The notes under the pieces were generated by a model. The model had not been told where the DNA came from, did no database searches, and worked only from the letters and a program-made list of their open reading frames with translations. From assembly GCF_006345805.1 (NCBI RefSeq), contig NC_042997.1:23374001-23438000 (forward strand): 64,000 nt of DNA, read 5' to 3'. The position numbers were made by a program, and so were the translations under genes. This DNA comes from Octopus sinensis. Lineage: Eukaryota. Shown one piece after another: positions 63,107 through 64,000 of this stretch. Position 1 is the first letter of the stretch; every line of letters begins with the position of its first letter.

Positions 63107-64000
63107 TCTATTAGCATTTTCAAAAAGACGAGCAAGAGGATATCAAAACAAAGCAAGAAAGAAACAAAAACGTTTGTAACTAGCAGCTTCCTTTAAAGCT
63201 AGGAACATAGCAGCAGTTTCCCTTTTAGAGGGTTTTTTTGCGGGTAGGGGATGCTAACAGAACACTAATAGAAAATCTTGGGAGGGTCATTTTGCCAATA
63301 AACCTCGTGCACTGGTTAGATTTTACTTATGTCTATCAGTTTACAACTTACCTAATCAACGAATGATTATGATGATGATGATGATAATAAAATGAAGCAA
63401 AACGTAATTAGTGAGTTTCTTTTTTTATTGACAAAACGAACCTCAATATTGCAAAACAAATACCAAAAAAATGTATATAAATATGTAATTAGAGGTATTA
63501 GAAGAATAGAGTTGCTACGAACCCATTAATGAAAATGCTGATCCACAATTTCTTAAAAAAAAAAAAAACTGATTCTAACCAGCACATAAAAACTGATAGC
63601 ATAATTTAGAAATTCTGACATTTGAAATGTAAGATTACACCCTTGCCACCAATCTCCCTTTATCTAAATCAGTAGTTCTCTTACCTGGTTAAGCCCCTCG
63701 GTTTCCCATTTCCCGTATAAAATCATAGATTAGATTTACTGAAGAGGATATCTATAAAAGCGCGTGTGCACACACCACAATAAAGGAAAAGACAGAAATT
63801 GTTGCACTACTAATGGCAAATAAGGAAAAACAGTATATTCCTAAATTTGTTGATATATTGATATTGATATAAAATTTAGGGATTATTTCCCTTATTATAC
63901 CCTATCGATTTTATTCACGAGGCTTGATCTAGTTATATTTTAATACACACAACTCTACATATATAGTAAAACAAGAATATTATGCAATCATTTATTATTA

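Overview
This is AT-rich, repeat-dense animal genomic DNA. The tRNA-derived SINE families and LINE mix point to an octopus/coleoid cephalopod (inferred from remembered repeat families, not verified). Two protein-coding loci are supported, both on the minus strand. (1) A PM20D1-like M20 peptidase (N-fatty-acyl-amino-acid synthase/hydrolase). I assembled eight coding exons (40631 down to 332) into one uninterrupted 351-codon frame with GT-AG junctions; the gene continues past the left edge. (2) A large 3' exon (50075-51546) encoding a partial B-box, a coiled coil and an NHL-like beta-propeller (TRIM-NHL-like); I could not place its 5' exons. Most of the remainder is a layered transposon landscape: R4/Dong LINEs at (TAA)n arrays, a Hero-like LINE nested in a mariner, CR1, RTE, mariner/maT, a hAT, TTAA-flanked MITEs, a probable solo LTR and many SINEs. 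I found no convincing novel multi-gene system. The best second-look items are a near-perfect ~75-bp intronic hairpin, the TAA-associated retroelement cluster with an unclassified non-coding partner, a locally templated inverted copy at a CR1 5' junction, and textbook antisense micro-exons inside PM20D1.
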